DNA of 64,000 nt, from NCBI RefSeq assembly GCF_001677475.2, contig NZ_CP015229.1, one strand, 5' to 3'. Under the pieces are notes generated by a model. It did no database searches, was not told the DNA's origin, and was given only the letters and a program-made list of their open reading frames with translations. This document shows positions 26,915-41,415 of this stretch, piece after piece (the first letter of the stretch is position 1; every line of letters begins with the position of its first letter). The translations under genes were made by a program, and so were the position numbers. The stretch is from Escherichia coli (lineage in GTDB: Bacteria; Pseudomonadota; Gammaproteobacteria; Enterobacterales; Enterobacteriaceae).

Positions 26915-26942
26915 TTGCAGAGGGAAAGATTTCTCGTATAAT
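26915..26942 (+). promoter_or_regulatory. Promoter of glyV-glyX-glyY tRNA operon
   Basis: TTGCAG (26915-26920) - 16 nt - TATAAT (26937-26942), upstream A/T-tract, GC-rich discriminator gcgcctcc. Confidence 0.7.
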
Positions 26943-26999
26943 GCGCCTCCCGTAACGACGCAGAAATGCGAAAATTACGAAAGCAAAATTAAGTAGTAC

Positions 27000-27075
<76 letters not shown>

Positions 27076-27232
27076 AAATTTGAAAAGTGCTGCAAAGCAC
27101 AGACCACCCAATCGCAGTATTTCGAATTGCGACAAGGCGGCAACTGAACGAATCCTTGGGAGCTTACAAAAGTAAGTGACTAAGGTGAGTGAAGGCAGCC
27201 AAGGCAGTAGCGGTTCGAAAGACGAAGATTAA

Positions 27233-27308
<76 letters not shown>

Positions 27309-27343
27309 AAATTTGAAGGTGCTGTAAAGCACAGACCACCCAA

Positions 27344-27419
<76 letters not shown>

Positions 27420-27688
27420 AATTCTTCTCTCAATAAAATATCCACAGCGACGCGATGCGTTATTGCTGGTTTTTGTTGTCTCTGACAAACTCTTGTAAAC
27501 AGAGTTATCCACAGCCTCAGTCCGTAATCTTAATTTCAAAGAAACTTCGCACGGTGAATAGTATTTTTTTAACCTATTGATAGGTAAGTTAAAAATTAAG
27601 ATTCCGTTTTGTCGAGTCGATCACTTGACGATTTTATTCGTCTTGAATTGCAATGCGTTTTTATTTTTATTCACAAGCTGTGGATGAA

Positions 27689-28826
27689 TCAGGCGTCACG
27701 CGGTAACCCTTTTTCAATCACCCGAACCAGACGCTGTTTTTTCGGCAATTGCACTTCGACTATGCACGCATTTCGCCTCTCGATTTGCTGCGCCATCGCC
27801 CACGCTATGTGCTCATCAAGAAGTGGGTGCTCACCTTTGCGACTCTCCAGCGCCGCCAGAATCGTTTCATCCCAGGGGGCATTGCCTAATGCCACGGCGA
27901 TATTACGCAGCCAGCGCAGGTGACCTATACGGCGAATCGCCGATCCTTCCGTGACTTTTAAAAACTTCTCTTCGCTCCAGGCGAATAACTCAATGAGTTC
28001 CGGTGCGTGTAGCGGCTTACGCGGGCTGAAATCGTCTTCTGTAGTGAGTTGCGAATAGCGATTCCACGGGCAGATAAGCTGGCAGTCATCGCAACCGTAA
28101 ATACGGTTTCCCATTAACGGTCGCAACTCTTCCGGGATCGCCCCTTCCAGTTCGATGGTGAGATAAGAGATACAGCGGCGAGCATCGACGGTATATGGCT
28201 CGACGATGGCACCGGTCGGGCAAATCGTCATACAGGCCACGCATTTACCGCATCCTTCCTCGACTGGTTGATCCACGGGCAGCGGAATATCGACCAGCAA
28301 TTCGCCTAAAAAGAAGAACGAACCGGCCTCGCGATTGAGGATAAGTGAGTGCTTACCTGTCCAGCCGAGCCCAGCTTTTTCAGCTAACGGGCGCTCGAGA
28401 ATAGGCGCAGAATCGACAAACGGTCTAAAATTCAGCGAAACACAATGTTGCTGAATCATCTCGCCCAGCTTTTTGAGTCGGTTGCGCAGAAGCTTGTGAT
28501 AGTCACGGCCCAGCGCATAACGGCTAACATAGCCGAGTTTGGGGTTTTTCAGCGTGCTGGCAAATGCGGCGTTAGCAGGAAGGTAATTCATCCGCACGCT
28601 GATCACGCGCAGCGTACCGGGCAATAACTCATGGGGGCGAGCGCGCAGCATACCGTGACGCGCCATCCAGTCCATTTCGCCGTGGTATTGTTTGTCCAGC
28701 CATGCTTGCAGTTTTGGCTCGGACTCGCTGAGATCGGTATCGGTAATACCTACCTGCTGAAAGCCCAGTTCCAGCCCCCACTGTTTAATTTTTTGCGCTA
28801 ACTGATTGAGATCGAGGGGCTCTGAC

Positions 28827-28828
<2 letters not shown>
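27689..28828 (-). CDS. queG: Epoxyqueuosine reductase QueG
   Basis: ORF 27689..28936; start trimmed to MSEPLDLNQLAQKIKQWG (379 aa); 4Fe-4S ferredoxin Cys motifs. Confidence 0.88.
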
Positions 28829-30807
<1,979 letters not shown>

Positions 30808-30825
30808 CCTTTGAAAGGTGGCAGG

Positions 30826-32163
30826 ATGATGTATCGCATCAGAAATTGGTTGGTAGCGACGTTGCTGCTGCTGTGCGCGCAGGTGGGTGCCGCGACGCTC
30901 TCTGATATTCAGGTTTCTAACGGTAATCAACAGGCGCGGATAACGTTAAGTTTTATTGGCGATCCTGACTATGCATTTAGCCATCAAAGCAAACGCACCG
31001 TGGCGCTCGATATCAAACAAACGGGCGTGATTCAGGGGCTGCCGTTGTTGTTCAGCGGTAATAATCTGGTGAAGGCGATTCGCTCTGGAACGCCAAAAGA
31101 TGCGCAAACGCTGCGGCTGGTGGTCGATCTTACCGAAAATGGTAAAACCGAAGCGGTGAAGCGGCAGAATGGCAGCAATTACACCGTCGTCTTTACGATT
31201 AATGCCGATGCGCCACCACCGCCTCCGCCGCCGCCCGTGGTTGCTAAACGTGTTGAAACGCCTGCGGTTGTCGCACCGCGCGTCAGCGAACCGGCGCGTA
31301 ATCCGTTTAAAACCGAGAGCAACCGGGCTACGGGTGTCATCAGTAGCAATACGGTGACGCGTCCGGCAGCGCGCGCGACGGCTAACACTGGCGAAAAAAT
31401 TGTCATCGCCATTGATGCCGGACACGGTGGTCAGGATCCTGGCGCTATCGGCCCTGGCGGTACGCGGGAGAAAAATGTCACCATCGCCATCGCGCGTAAA
31501 TTGCGTACTTTGCTCAATGATGATCCGATGTTTAAGGGCGTTTTAACCCGTGACGGGGATTACTTTATCTCGGTGATGGGGCGCAGCGATGTGGCACGTA
31601 AGCAAAACGCCAATTTCCTCGTGTCGATTCACGCTGATGCCGCACCGAACCGCAGTGCGACTGGCGCTTCCGTATGGGTGCTCTCTAACCGTCGCGCCAA
31701 CAGCGAAATGGCCAGCTGGCTGGAGCAGCACGAGAAACAGTCGGAGCTGCTGGGCGGGGCGGGTGATGTGCTGGCGAACAGTCAGTCTGACCCCTATTTA
31801 AGCCAGGCGGTGCTGGATTTACAGTTCGGTCATTCCCAGCGGGTAGGGTATGATGTAGCGACCAGTATGATCAGTCAGTTGCAACGCATTGGCGAAATAC
31901 ATAAACGTCGGCCAGAACATGCCAGCCTTGGCGTTCTGCGTTCGCCGGATATCCCATCAGTACTGGTCGAAACCGGTTTTATCAGCAACAACAGCGAAGA
32001 ACGTTTGCTGGCGAGCGACGATTACCAACAACAGCTGGCAGAAGCCATTTACAAAGGCTTGCGCAATTATTTCCTTGCGCATCCGATGCAATCTGCGCCG
32101 CAGGGGGCAACGGCACAAACGGCCAGTACGGTGACGACGCCAGATCGCACGCTGCCAAACTAA
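30826..32163 (+). CDS. amiB: N-acetylmuramoyl-L-alanine amidase AmiB
   Basis: ORF 30811..32163; start trimmed to [16 protein letters not shown] (445 aa); Pro8 linker; amidase_3 domain. Confidence 0.92.
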   Translation: MMYRIRNWLVATLLLLCAQVGAATLSDIQVSNGNQQARITLSFIGDPDYAFSHQSKRTVALDIKQTGVIQGLPLLFSGNNLVKAIRSGTPKDAQTLRLVVDLTENGKTEAVKRQNGSNYTVVFTINADAPPPPPPPPVVAKRVETPAVVAPRVSEPARNPFKTESNRATGVISSNTVTRPAARATANTGEKIVIAIDAGHGGQDPGAIGPGGTREKNVTIAIARKLRTLLNDDPMFKGVLTRDGDYFISVMGRSDVARKQNANFLVSIHADAAPNRSATGASVWVLSNRRANSEMASWLEQHEKQSELLGGAGDVLANSQSDPYLSQAVLDLQFGHSQRVGYDVATSMISQLQRIGEIHKRRPEHASLGVLRSPDIPSVLVETGFISNNSEERLLASDDYQQQLAEAIYKGLRNYFLAHPMQSAPQGATAQTASTVTTPDRTLPN

Positions 32164-32172
32164 GGACGATTG

Positions 32173-34020
32173 ATGCCAATTCAGGTCTTACCGCCACAAC
32201 TGGCGAACCAGATTGCCGCAGGTGAGGTGGTCGAGCGACCTGCGTCGGTAGTCAAAGAACTGGTGGAAAACAGCCTCGATGCAGGTGCGACGCGTATCGA
32301 TATTGATATCGAACGCGGTGGGGCGAAACTTATCCGCATTCGTGATAACGGCTGCGGTATCAAAAAAGATGAGCTGGCGCTGGCGCTGGCTCGTCATGCC
32401 ACCAGTAAAATCGCCTCTCTGGACGATCTCGAAGCCATTATCAGCCTGGGCTTTCGCGGTGAGGCGCTGGCGAGTATCAGTTCGGTTTCCCGCCTGACGC
32501 TCACTTCACGTACCGCAGAACAGCAGGAAGCCTGGCAGGCCTATGCCGAAGGGCGCGATATGGACGTGACGGTAAAACCGGCGGCGCATCCTGTGGGAAC
32601 GACGCTGGAGGTGCTGGATCTGTTCTACAACACTCCGGCGCGGCGCAAATTCCTGCGCACTGAGAAAACCGAATTTAACCATATCGATGAGATCATCCGC
32701 CGCATTGCGCTGGCGCGTTTCGACGTCACGATCAACCTGTCGCATAACGGTAAAATTGTGCGTCAGTACCGCGCAGTGCCGGAAGGCGGGCAAAAAGAAC
32801 GGCGCTTAGGCGCGATTTGCGGCACCGCTTTTCTCGAACAAGCGCTGGCGATTGAATGGCAACACGGCGATCTCACCCTGCGCGGCTGGGTGGCCGATCC
32901 AAATCACACCACGCCCGCACTGGCGGAAATTCAGTATTGCTACGTGAATGGTCGCATGATGCGCGATCGTCTGATCAATCACGCGATCCGCCAGGCCTGT
33001 GAAGACAAACTGGGTGCCGATCAGCAACCGGCATTTGTGCTGTATCTGGAGATCGACCCACATCAGGTGGACGTCAACGTGCATCCCGCCAAACACGAAG
33101 TGCGTTTTCATCAGTCGCGTCTGGTGCATGATTTTATCTATCAGGGCGTACTGAGCGTGCTACAACAGCAACTGGAAACGCCGCTACCGCTGGACGATGA
33201 ACCACAACCTGCACCGCGCGCTATCCCGGAAAACCGCGTGGCGGCGGGGCGCAATCATTTTGCTGAACCGGCAGTTCGTGAGCCAGTAGCTCCGCGTTAC
33301 ACTCCTGCGTCCGCCTCAGGCAGTCGTCCGGCTGCCCCCTGGCCGAATGCGCAGCCAGGCTACCAGAAACAGCAAGGTGAAGTGTATCGCCAGCTTTTGC
33401 AAACGCCCGCGCCGATGCAAAAACCAAAAGCGCCAGAACCGCAGGAACCTGCACTTGCGGCGAACAGTCAGAGTTTTGGTCGGGTACTGACTATCGTTCA
33501 TTCCGACTGTGCGTTGCTGGAGCGCGACGGCAACATTTCACTTTTAGCCTTGCCAGTGGCAGAACGTTGGCTGCGTCAGGCGCAACTGACGCCGGGTGAA
33601 GCGCCAGTTTGCGCCCAGCCGTTGCTGATTCCGCTGCGGCTAAAAGTTTCTGGCGAAGAAAAATCGGCATTAGAAAAAGCGCAGTCTGCCCTGGCGGAAT
33701 TGGGTATTGATTTCCAGTCAGATGCACAGCATGTGACCATCAGGGCCGTGCCTTTACCCTTACGCCAACAAAATTTACAAATCTTGATTCCTGAACTGAT
33801 AGGCTACCTGGCGAAGCAGTCCGTATTCGAACCTGGCAATATTGCGCAGTGGATTGCACGAAATCTGATGAGCGAACATGCGCAGTGGTCAATGGCGCAG
33901 GCCATAACCCTGCTGGCGGACGTGGAACGGTTATGTCCGCAACTTGTGAAAACGCCGCCGGGTGGTCTGTTACAATCTGTTGATTTACATCCGGCGATAA
34001 AAGCCCTGAAAGATGAGTGA
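32173..34020 (+). CDS. mutL: DNA mismatch repair protein MutL
   Basis: ORF 32170..34020; [38 protein letters not shown] (GHKL ATPase). Confidence 0.95.
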
Positions 34021-34963
34021 TATCAGTAAGGCGAGCCTGCCTAAGGCGATTTTTTTGATGGGGCCGACGGCCTCCGGTAAAACGGCGTTAGCCATTGAGC
34101 TGCGTAAAATTTTACCAGTAGAGTTGATAAGCGTTGATTCTGCCCTTATTTACAAAGGGATGGATATCGGGACGGCGAAGCCGAACGCTGAAGAGTTACT
34201 CGCCGCGCCGCACCGATTGCTGGATATTCGCGATCCGTCGCAGGCTTACTCGGCTGCTGATTTTCGCCGCGATGCGCTGGCGGAAATGGCCGATATCACC
34301 GCGGCGGGGCGGATCCCACTGTTAGTGGGCGGTACGATGTTGTATTTCAAGGCATTGCTGGAAGGGTTGTCGCCGCTACCGTCGGCAGACCCGGAAGTGC
34401 GGGCCAGAATTGAGCAACAGGCGGCAGAGCAAGGTTGGGAGTCATTGCATCGTCAACTTCAGGAGGTAGATCCGGTTGCGGCAGCAAGGATTCATCCAAA
34501 TGATCCACAAAGGCTTTCCCGGGCACTGGAAGTTTTTTTCATTTCGGGTAAAACTTTAACGGAACTGACGCAAACGTCAGGAGACGCTCTACCGTATCAG
34601 GTGCATCAGTTCGCCATCGCCCCGGCGAGCCGTGAACTGCTCCATCAACGCATTGAGCAGCGTTTTCATCAGATGTTGGCTTCAGGTTTTGAAGCAGAAG
34701 TCCGGGCGCTTTTTGCCCGAGGAGATTTGCATACGGACTTGCCTTCCATTCGTTGCGTGGGTTATCGCCAGATGTGGTCTTACCTTGAAGGCGAAATCTC
34801 ATACGATGAAATGGTTTATCGAGGTGTTTGCGCCACGAGACAGTTGGCGAAGCGGCAGATAACCTGGCTGCGTGGTTGGGAAGGGGTTCACTGGCTTGAT
34901 AGTGAAAAACCAGAACAGGCGCGTGACGAAGTATTACAGGTTGTTGGTGCTATCGCAGGCTGA
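34013..34963 (+). CDS. miaA: tRNA dimethylallyltransferase MiaA
   Basis: 316-aa ORF with P-loop GPTASGKT; overlaps mutL stop. Confidence 0.95.
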
Positions 34964-35036
34964 ATGTGTACAATTGAGATGTATCGTGCGCAATTTTTTC
35001 AGAATCGAAAGGTTCAAAGTACAAATAAGCATATAA

Positions 35037-35378
<342 letters not shown>

Positions 35379-35433
35379 CACGGGGAGCCAGCGATCCTGC
35401 GTTCCCCGCTGATCTATTTAGAGGGTTATACGC

Positions 35434-36714
35434 TTGTTTGACCGTTATGATGCTGGTGAGCAGGCGGTACTGGTACACATCTATTTTACGCAAGACAAAG
35501 ATATGGAAGACCTCCAGGAGTTTGAATCTCTGGTCTCTTCCGCCGGTGTCGAAGCATTGCAGGTGATTACCGGTAGCCGTAAAGCGCCGCACCCAAAGTA
35601 TTTTGTAGGTGAAGGTAAAGCAGTTGAAATTGCGGAAGCTGTCAAAGCGACGGGTGCTTCGGTCGTTCTTTTTGACCATGCCCTGAGCCCGGCGCAAGAG
35701 CGTAACCTGGAGCGTTTGTGCGAGTGTCGTGTTATCGACCGCACCGGCCTTATTTTAGATATTTTCGCCCAACGTGCGCGTACCCATGAGGGTAAGTTGC
35801 AGGTTGAGCTGGCGCAGCTGCGCCATCTGGCTACGCGCCTGGTGCGTGGCTGGACCCACCTTGAAAGACAGAAAGGCGGGATAGGTTTGCGTGGTCCGGG
35901 TGAAACCCAGCTCGAAACCGACCGTCGTTTGTTGCGTAATCGCATCGTGCAGATACAGTCGCGCCTGGAAAGAGTTGAAAAGCAGCGTGAGCAGGGGCGG
36001 CAATCGCGTATCAAAGCCGACGTTCCTACTGTTTCGCTGGTGGGATATACCAACGCCGGTAAATCTACCCTTTTCAATCGCATCACCGAAGCGCGGGTCT
36101 ACGCGGCAGACCAGTTGTTTGCCACCCTCGACCCGACGTTGCGGCGTATTGACGTTGCAGATGTCGGTGAAACCGTGTTGGCAGATACCGTAGGGTTTAT
36201 TCGCCACCTGCCGCACGATCTGGTGGCAGCATTTAAAGCCACGTTACAAGAGACGCGGCAAGCCACATTACTGCTGCATGTCATTGATGCGGCGGATGTG
36301 CGTGTACAAGAAAACATCGAAGCGGTGAATACGGTTCTTGAAGAGATCGACGCTCACGAGATCCCAACCCTGCTGGTGATGAACAAGATCGATATGCTGG
36401 AAGATTTCGAACCACGTATTGATCGGGACGAAGAGAACAAACCGATCCGTGTCTGGCTTTCCGCACAGACCGGAGCGGGGATACCACAGCTTTTTCAGGC
36501 TTTGACGGAGCGGCTTTCCGGCGAGGTGGCGCAGCATACATTGCGTCTGCCACCGCAGGAAGGGCGTCTGAGAAGTCGTTTTTATCAGCTTCAGGCAATA
36601 GAAAAAGAGTGGATGGAGGAGGACGGCAGCGTAAGTCTGCAAGTTCGTATGCCGATCGTTGACTGGCGTCGCCTCTGTAAACAAGAACCGGCGTTGATCG
36701 ATTACCTGATCTAA
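35434..36714 (+). CDS. hflX: Ribosome-associated GTPase HflX
   Basis: 426-aa ORF, TTG start; G-domain motifs [17 protein letters not shown]. Confidence 0.93.
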   Translation: MFDRYDAGEQAVLVHIYFTQDKDMEDLQEFESLVSSAGVEALQVITGSRKAPHPKYFVGEGKAVEIAEAVKATGASVVLFDHALSPAQERNLERLCECRVIDRTGLILDIFAQRARTHEGKLQVELAQLRHLATRLVRGWTHLERQKGGIGLRGPGETQLETDRRLLRNRIVQIQSRLERVEKQREQGRQSRIKADVPTVSLVGYTNAGKSTLFNRITEARVYAADQLFATLDPTLRRIDVADVGETVLADTVGFIRHLPHDLVAAFKATLQETRQATLLLHVIDAADVRVQENIEAVNTVLEEIDAHEIPTLLVMNKIDMLEDFEPRIDRDEENKPIRVWLSAQTGAGIPQLFQALTERLSGEVAQHTLRLPPQEGRLRSRFYQLQAIEKEWMEEDGSVSLQVRMPIVDWRRLCKQEPALIDYLI

Positions 36715-36799
36715 CGGCGTAGCGTCTGAAGCGTGGAGTCATATCCTCTGGCGTCGAAAGACAACAGGGATCACCGCATAACAAATATGGAGCACAAAC

Positions 36800-38059
36800 A
36801 TGGCGTGGAATCAGCCCGGTAATAACGGACAAGACCGCGACCCGTGGGGAAGCAGCAAACCTGGCGGCAACTCTGAGGGAAATGGAAACAAAGGCGGTCG
36901 CGATCAAGGGCCACCTGATTTAGATGATATCTTCCGCAAACTGAGCAAAAAGCTCGGTGGTCTGGGCGGCGGTAAAGGCACCGGATCTGGCGGTGGCAGT
37001 TCATCGCAAGGCCCGCGCCCGCAGCTTGGCGGTCGTGTCGTTACCATCGCAGCGGCAGCGATTGTCATTATCTGGGCGGCCAGTGGTTTCTATACCATTA
37101 AAGAAGCCGAACGCGGCGTGGTAACACGCTTTGGTAAATTCAGCCATCTGGTTGAGCCGGGTCTGAACTGGAAACCGACGTTTATCGACGAAGTCAAACC
37201 GGTGAACGTGGAAGCCGTGCGTGAACTGGCCGCTTCTGGTGTGATGCTGACGTCGGACGAGAACGTAGTGCGCGTTGAGATGAACGTGCAGTACCGCGTC
37301 ACCAATCCGGAAAAATATCTGTATAGCGTGACCAGCCCGGATGACAGCCTGCGTCAGGCTACCGACAGCGCCCTGCGTGGGGTTATCGGTAAATACACCA
37401 TGGACCGCATTCTGACGGAAGGTCGTACCGTGATTCGTAGCGATACTCAGCGCGAACTGGAAGAGACGATTCGTCCGTATGACATGGGTATCACGCTGCT
37501 GGACGTCAACTTCCAGGCAGCTCGTCCGCCGGAAGAAGTAAAAGCGGCGTTTGACGATGCGATTGCCGCGCGTGAAAACGAACAGCAATACATTCGTGAA
37601 GCAGAAGCGTATACCAACGAAGTTCAGCCGCGTGCGAACGGTCAGGCGCAACGTATCCTCGAAGAGGCGCGTGCGTACAAGGCCCAGACCATCCTGGAAG
37701 CTCAGGGTGAAGTGGCGCGCTTTGCTAAACTTCTGCCGGAATATAAAGCCGCGCCGGAAATTACTCGCGAGCGTCTGTATATCGAGACGATGGAAAAAGT
37801 GTTGGGCAACACCCGCAAAGTGCTGGTTAACGATAAAGGTGGCAACCTGATGGTTCTGCCGTTAGACCAGATGCTGAAAGGGGGTAACGCCCCTGCGGCG
37901 AAGAGCGATAACGGTACCAGCAATCTGCTGCGTATGCCGCCAGCCTCTTCCTCCACAACCAGTGGAGCAAGCAACACGTCGTCCACCAGTCAGGGCGATA
38001 TTATGGACCAACGCCGCGCCAACGCGCAGCGTAACGACTACCAGCGTCAGGGGGAATAA
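36800..38059 (+). CDS. hflK: FtsH modulator HflK (SPFH family)
   Basis: 419-aa ORF with Gly-rich N-terminus, TM segment and SPFH domain. Confidence 0.95.
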   Translation: MAWNQPGNNGQDRDPWGSSKPGGNSEGNGNKGGRDQGPPDLDDIFRKLSKKLGGLGGGKGTGSGGGSSSQGPRPQLGGRVVTIAAAAIVIIWAASGFYTIKEAERGVVTRFGKFSHLVEPGLNWKPTFIDEVKPVNVEAVRELAASGVMLTSDENVVRVEMNVQYRVTNPEKYLYSVTSPDDSLRQATDSALRGVIGKYTMDRILTEGRTVIRSDTQRELEETIRPYDMGITLLDVNFQAARPPEEVKAAFDDAIAARENEQQYIREAEAYTNEVQPRANGQAQRILEEARAYKAQTILEAQGEVARFAKLLPEYKAAPEITRERLYIETMEKVLGNTRKVLVNDKGGNLMVLPLDQMLKGGNAPAAKSDNGTSNLLRMPPASSSTTSGASNTSSTSQGDIMDQRRANAQRNDYQRQGE

Positions 38060-38061
38060 CG

Positions 38062-39066
38062 ATGCGTAAGTCAGTTATCGCGATTATCATCATCGTGCTG
38101 GTAGTGCTTTACATGTCTGTCTTTGTCGTCAAAGAAGGTGAGCGCGGTATTACGCTGCGTTTTGGTAAGGTACTGCGTGACGATGACAACAAACCTCTGG
38201 TTTATGAGCCGGGTCTGCATTTCAAGATACCGTTCATTGAAACGGTGAAAATGCTCGACGCACGTATTCAGACCATGGACAACCAGGCCGACCGCTTTGT
38301 GACCAAAGAGAAGAAAGACCTGATCGTCGACTCTTACATCAAATGGCGCATCAGCGATTTCAGCCGTTACTACCTGGCAACGGGCGGTGGCGACATTTCG
38401 CAAGCGGAAGTGCTGTTGAAACGTAAGTTCTCTGACCGTCTGCGTTCTGAAATTGGTCGTCTGGACGTGAAAGACATCGTCACCGATTCCCGTGGTCGTC
38501 TGACCCTCGAGGTACGTGACGCGCTGAACTCCGGTTCTGCGGGTACAGAAGATGAAGTTACTACCCCGGCGGCAGATAACGCCATTGCCGAAGCGGCAGA
38601 GCGCGTAACGGCTGAGACGAAGGGCAAAGTTCCGGTCATCAACCCGAACAGTATGGCGGCGCTGGGTATTGAAGTTGTCGATGTGCGAATTAAGCAGATC
38701 AACCTGCCGACCGAAGTGTCTGAAGCAATCTACAACCGTATGCGCGCCGAGCGTGAAGCGGTAGCGCGTCGTCACCGTTCACAAGGTCAGGAAGAAGCGG
38801 AAAAACTGCGCGCGACTGCCGACTATGAAGTGACCAGAACGTTGGCTGAAGCTGAGCGTCAGGGCCGCATCATGCGTGGTGAAGGCGATGCAGAAGCAGC
38901 CAAACTGTTTGCTGATGCATTCAGTAAAGATCCGGACTTCTACGCATTTATCCGTAGCCTGCGTGCTTATGAGAACAGCTTCTCTGGCAATCAGGACGTG
39001 ATGGTCATGAGCCCGGATAGCGATTTCTTCCGCTACATGAAGACGCCGACTTCCGCAACGCGTTAA
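38062..39066 (+). CDS. hflC: FtsH modulator HflC (SPFH family)
   Basis: 334-aa ORF directly after hflK. Confidence 0.95.
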   Translation: MRKSVIAIIIIVLVVLYMSVFVVKEGERGITLRFGKVLRDDDNKPLVYEPGLHFKIPFIETVKMLDARIQTMDNQADRFVTKEKKDLIVDSYIKWRISDFSRYYLATGGGDISQAEVLLKRKFSDRLRSEIGRLDVKDIVTDSRGRLTLEVRDALNSGSAGTEDEVTTPAADNAIAEAAERVTAETKGKVPVINPNSMAALGIEVVDVRIKQINLPTEVSEAIYNRMRAEREAVARRHRSQGQEEAEKLRATADYEVTRTLAEAERQGRIMRGEGDAEAAKLFADAFSKDPDFYAFIRSLRAYENSFSGNQDVMVMSPDSDFFRYMKTPTSATR

Positions 39067-39094
39067 TATAACGACTGCGGTACAGGTCAATAAA

Positions 39095-39132
39095 GCCACC
39101 GCATCCTCAGGGATGTCGGTGGTTTTCTTTTT
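39095..39132 (+). terminator. Terminator after hflC
   Basis: Hairpin gccaccg...cggtggt followed by tttctttttc. Confidence 0.6.
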
Positions 39133-39147
39133 CTATAAGGATAATCA

Positions 39148-39345
39148 ATGAATTCGACAATCTGGCTGGCGCTTGCCCTGGTTTTGGTGCTGGAAGGTTT
39201 AGGGCCGATGCTTTACCCGAAGGCATGGAAGAAGATGATCTCTGCGATGACCAATTTGCCCGATAATATTTTACGTCGTTTTGGCGGTGGACTTGTGGTT
39301 GCGGGCGTTGTGGTCTACTACATGTTGAGGAAAACGATTGGCTGA
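39148..39345 (+). CDS. yjeT: Small membrane protein YjeT (DUF2065)
   Basis: 65-aa hydrophobic ORF MNSTIWLALALVLVLEGLGPMLYP. Confidence 0.8.
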   Translation: MNSTIWLALALVLVLEGLGPMLYPKAWKKMISAMTNLPDNILRRFGGGLVVAGVVVYYMLRKTIG

Positions 39346-39426
39346 ACAAAAAACAGACTGATCGAGGTCATTTTTGAGTGCAAAAAGTGCTGTAACTCTG
39401 AAAAAGCGATGGTAGAATCCATTTTT

Positions 39427-39442
39427 AAGCAAACGGTGATTT
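39427..39442. promoter_or_regulatory. Candidate PurR box upstream of purA
   Basis: aagcaaacggtgattt; left half matches pur-box GCAAACG; -10-like tagaat at 39413-39418. Confidence 0.4.
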
Positions 39443-39445
39443 TGA

Positions 39446-40747
<1,302 letters not shown>

Positions 40748-40951
40748 TTCTGGTACGCCTGGCAGATATTTTGCCTGCCGGGCTAACAGTATGATACATT
40801 GCTGTGTCGGTTAAGCCATTACGCTATCCGACACAGTGTTAAATCCTCGCTTTTTTCCTTCCCCGAACTGAAATAAATTAGCGACACAGCTTGTGGCTGG
40901 TTTATCATCAATATAAATGTATTTTTTCCCGATTTCCCTTTTGAGGTTGAT

Positions 40952-41377
40952 GTGCAGTTAACGAGTTTCACTGATTACGGATTACGTGCGCTGATCTACA
41001 TGGCGTCATTGCCAGAAGGGCGGATGACCAGTATTTCTGAAGTGACTGACGTCTACGGCGTCTCCCGTAATCATATGGTCAAAATAATCAATCAACTTAG
41101 TCGTGCCGGCTACGTGACTGCTGTTCGTGGAAAAAATGGCGGCATTCGTCTGGGTAAACCGGCGAGTGCGATACGTATTGGTGATGTGGTGCGCGAGCTG
41201 GAGCCCTTATCGCTGGTGAATTGCAGCAGTGAGTTTTGCCACATTACACCTGCCTGTCGGTTGAAACAGGCACTTTCTAAGGCCGTGCAAAGTTTTCTTA
41301 CGGAACTGGATAACTACACGCTTGCCGATTTGGTTGAAGAGAATCAACCGCTTTATAAATTATTGCTGGTGGAGTGA
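40952..41377 (+). CDS. nsrR: Nitric oxide-sensing repressor NsrR (Rrf2 family)
   Basis: 141-aa ORF, GTG start; Rrf2 HTH and Cys residues for Fe-S cluster. Confidence 0.92.
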
Positions 41378-41415
41378 CGAAAATCTTCATCAGAGATGAC
41401 AACGGAGGAACCGAG

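Noticed and set aside
31210-31240. Poly-proline codon run (ccaccaccgcctccgccgccgccc) in amiB
   Set aside because: Encodes the Pro-rich linker between AmiB domains; in-frame low-complexity coding sequence, not a repeat element.
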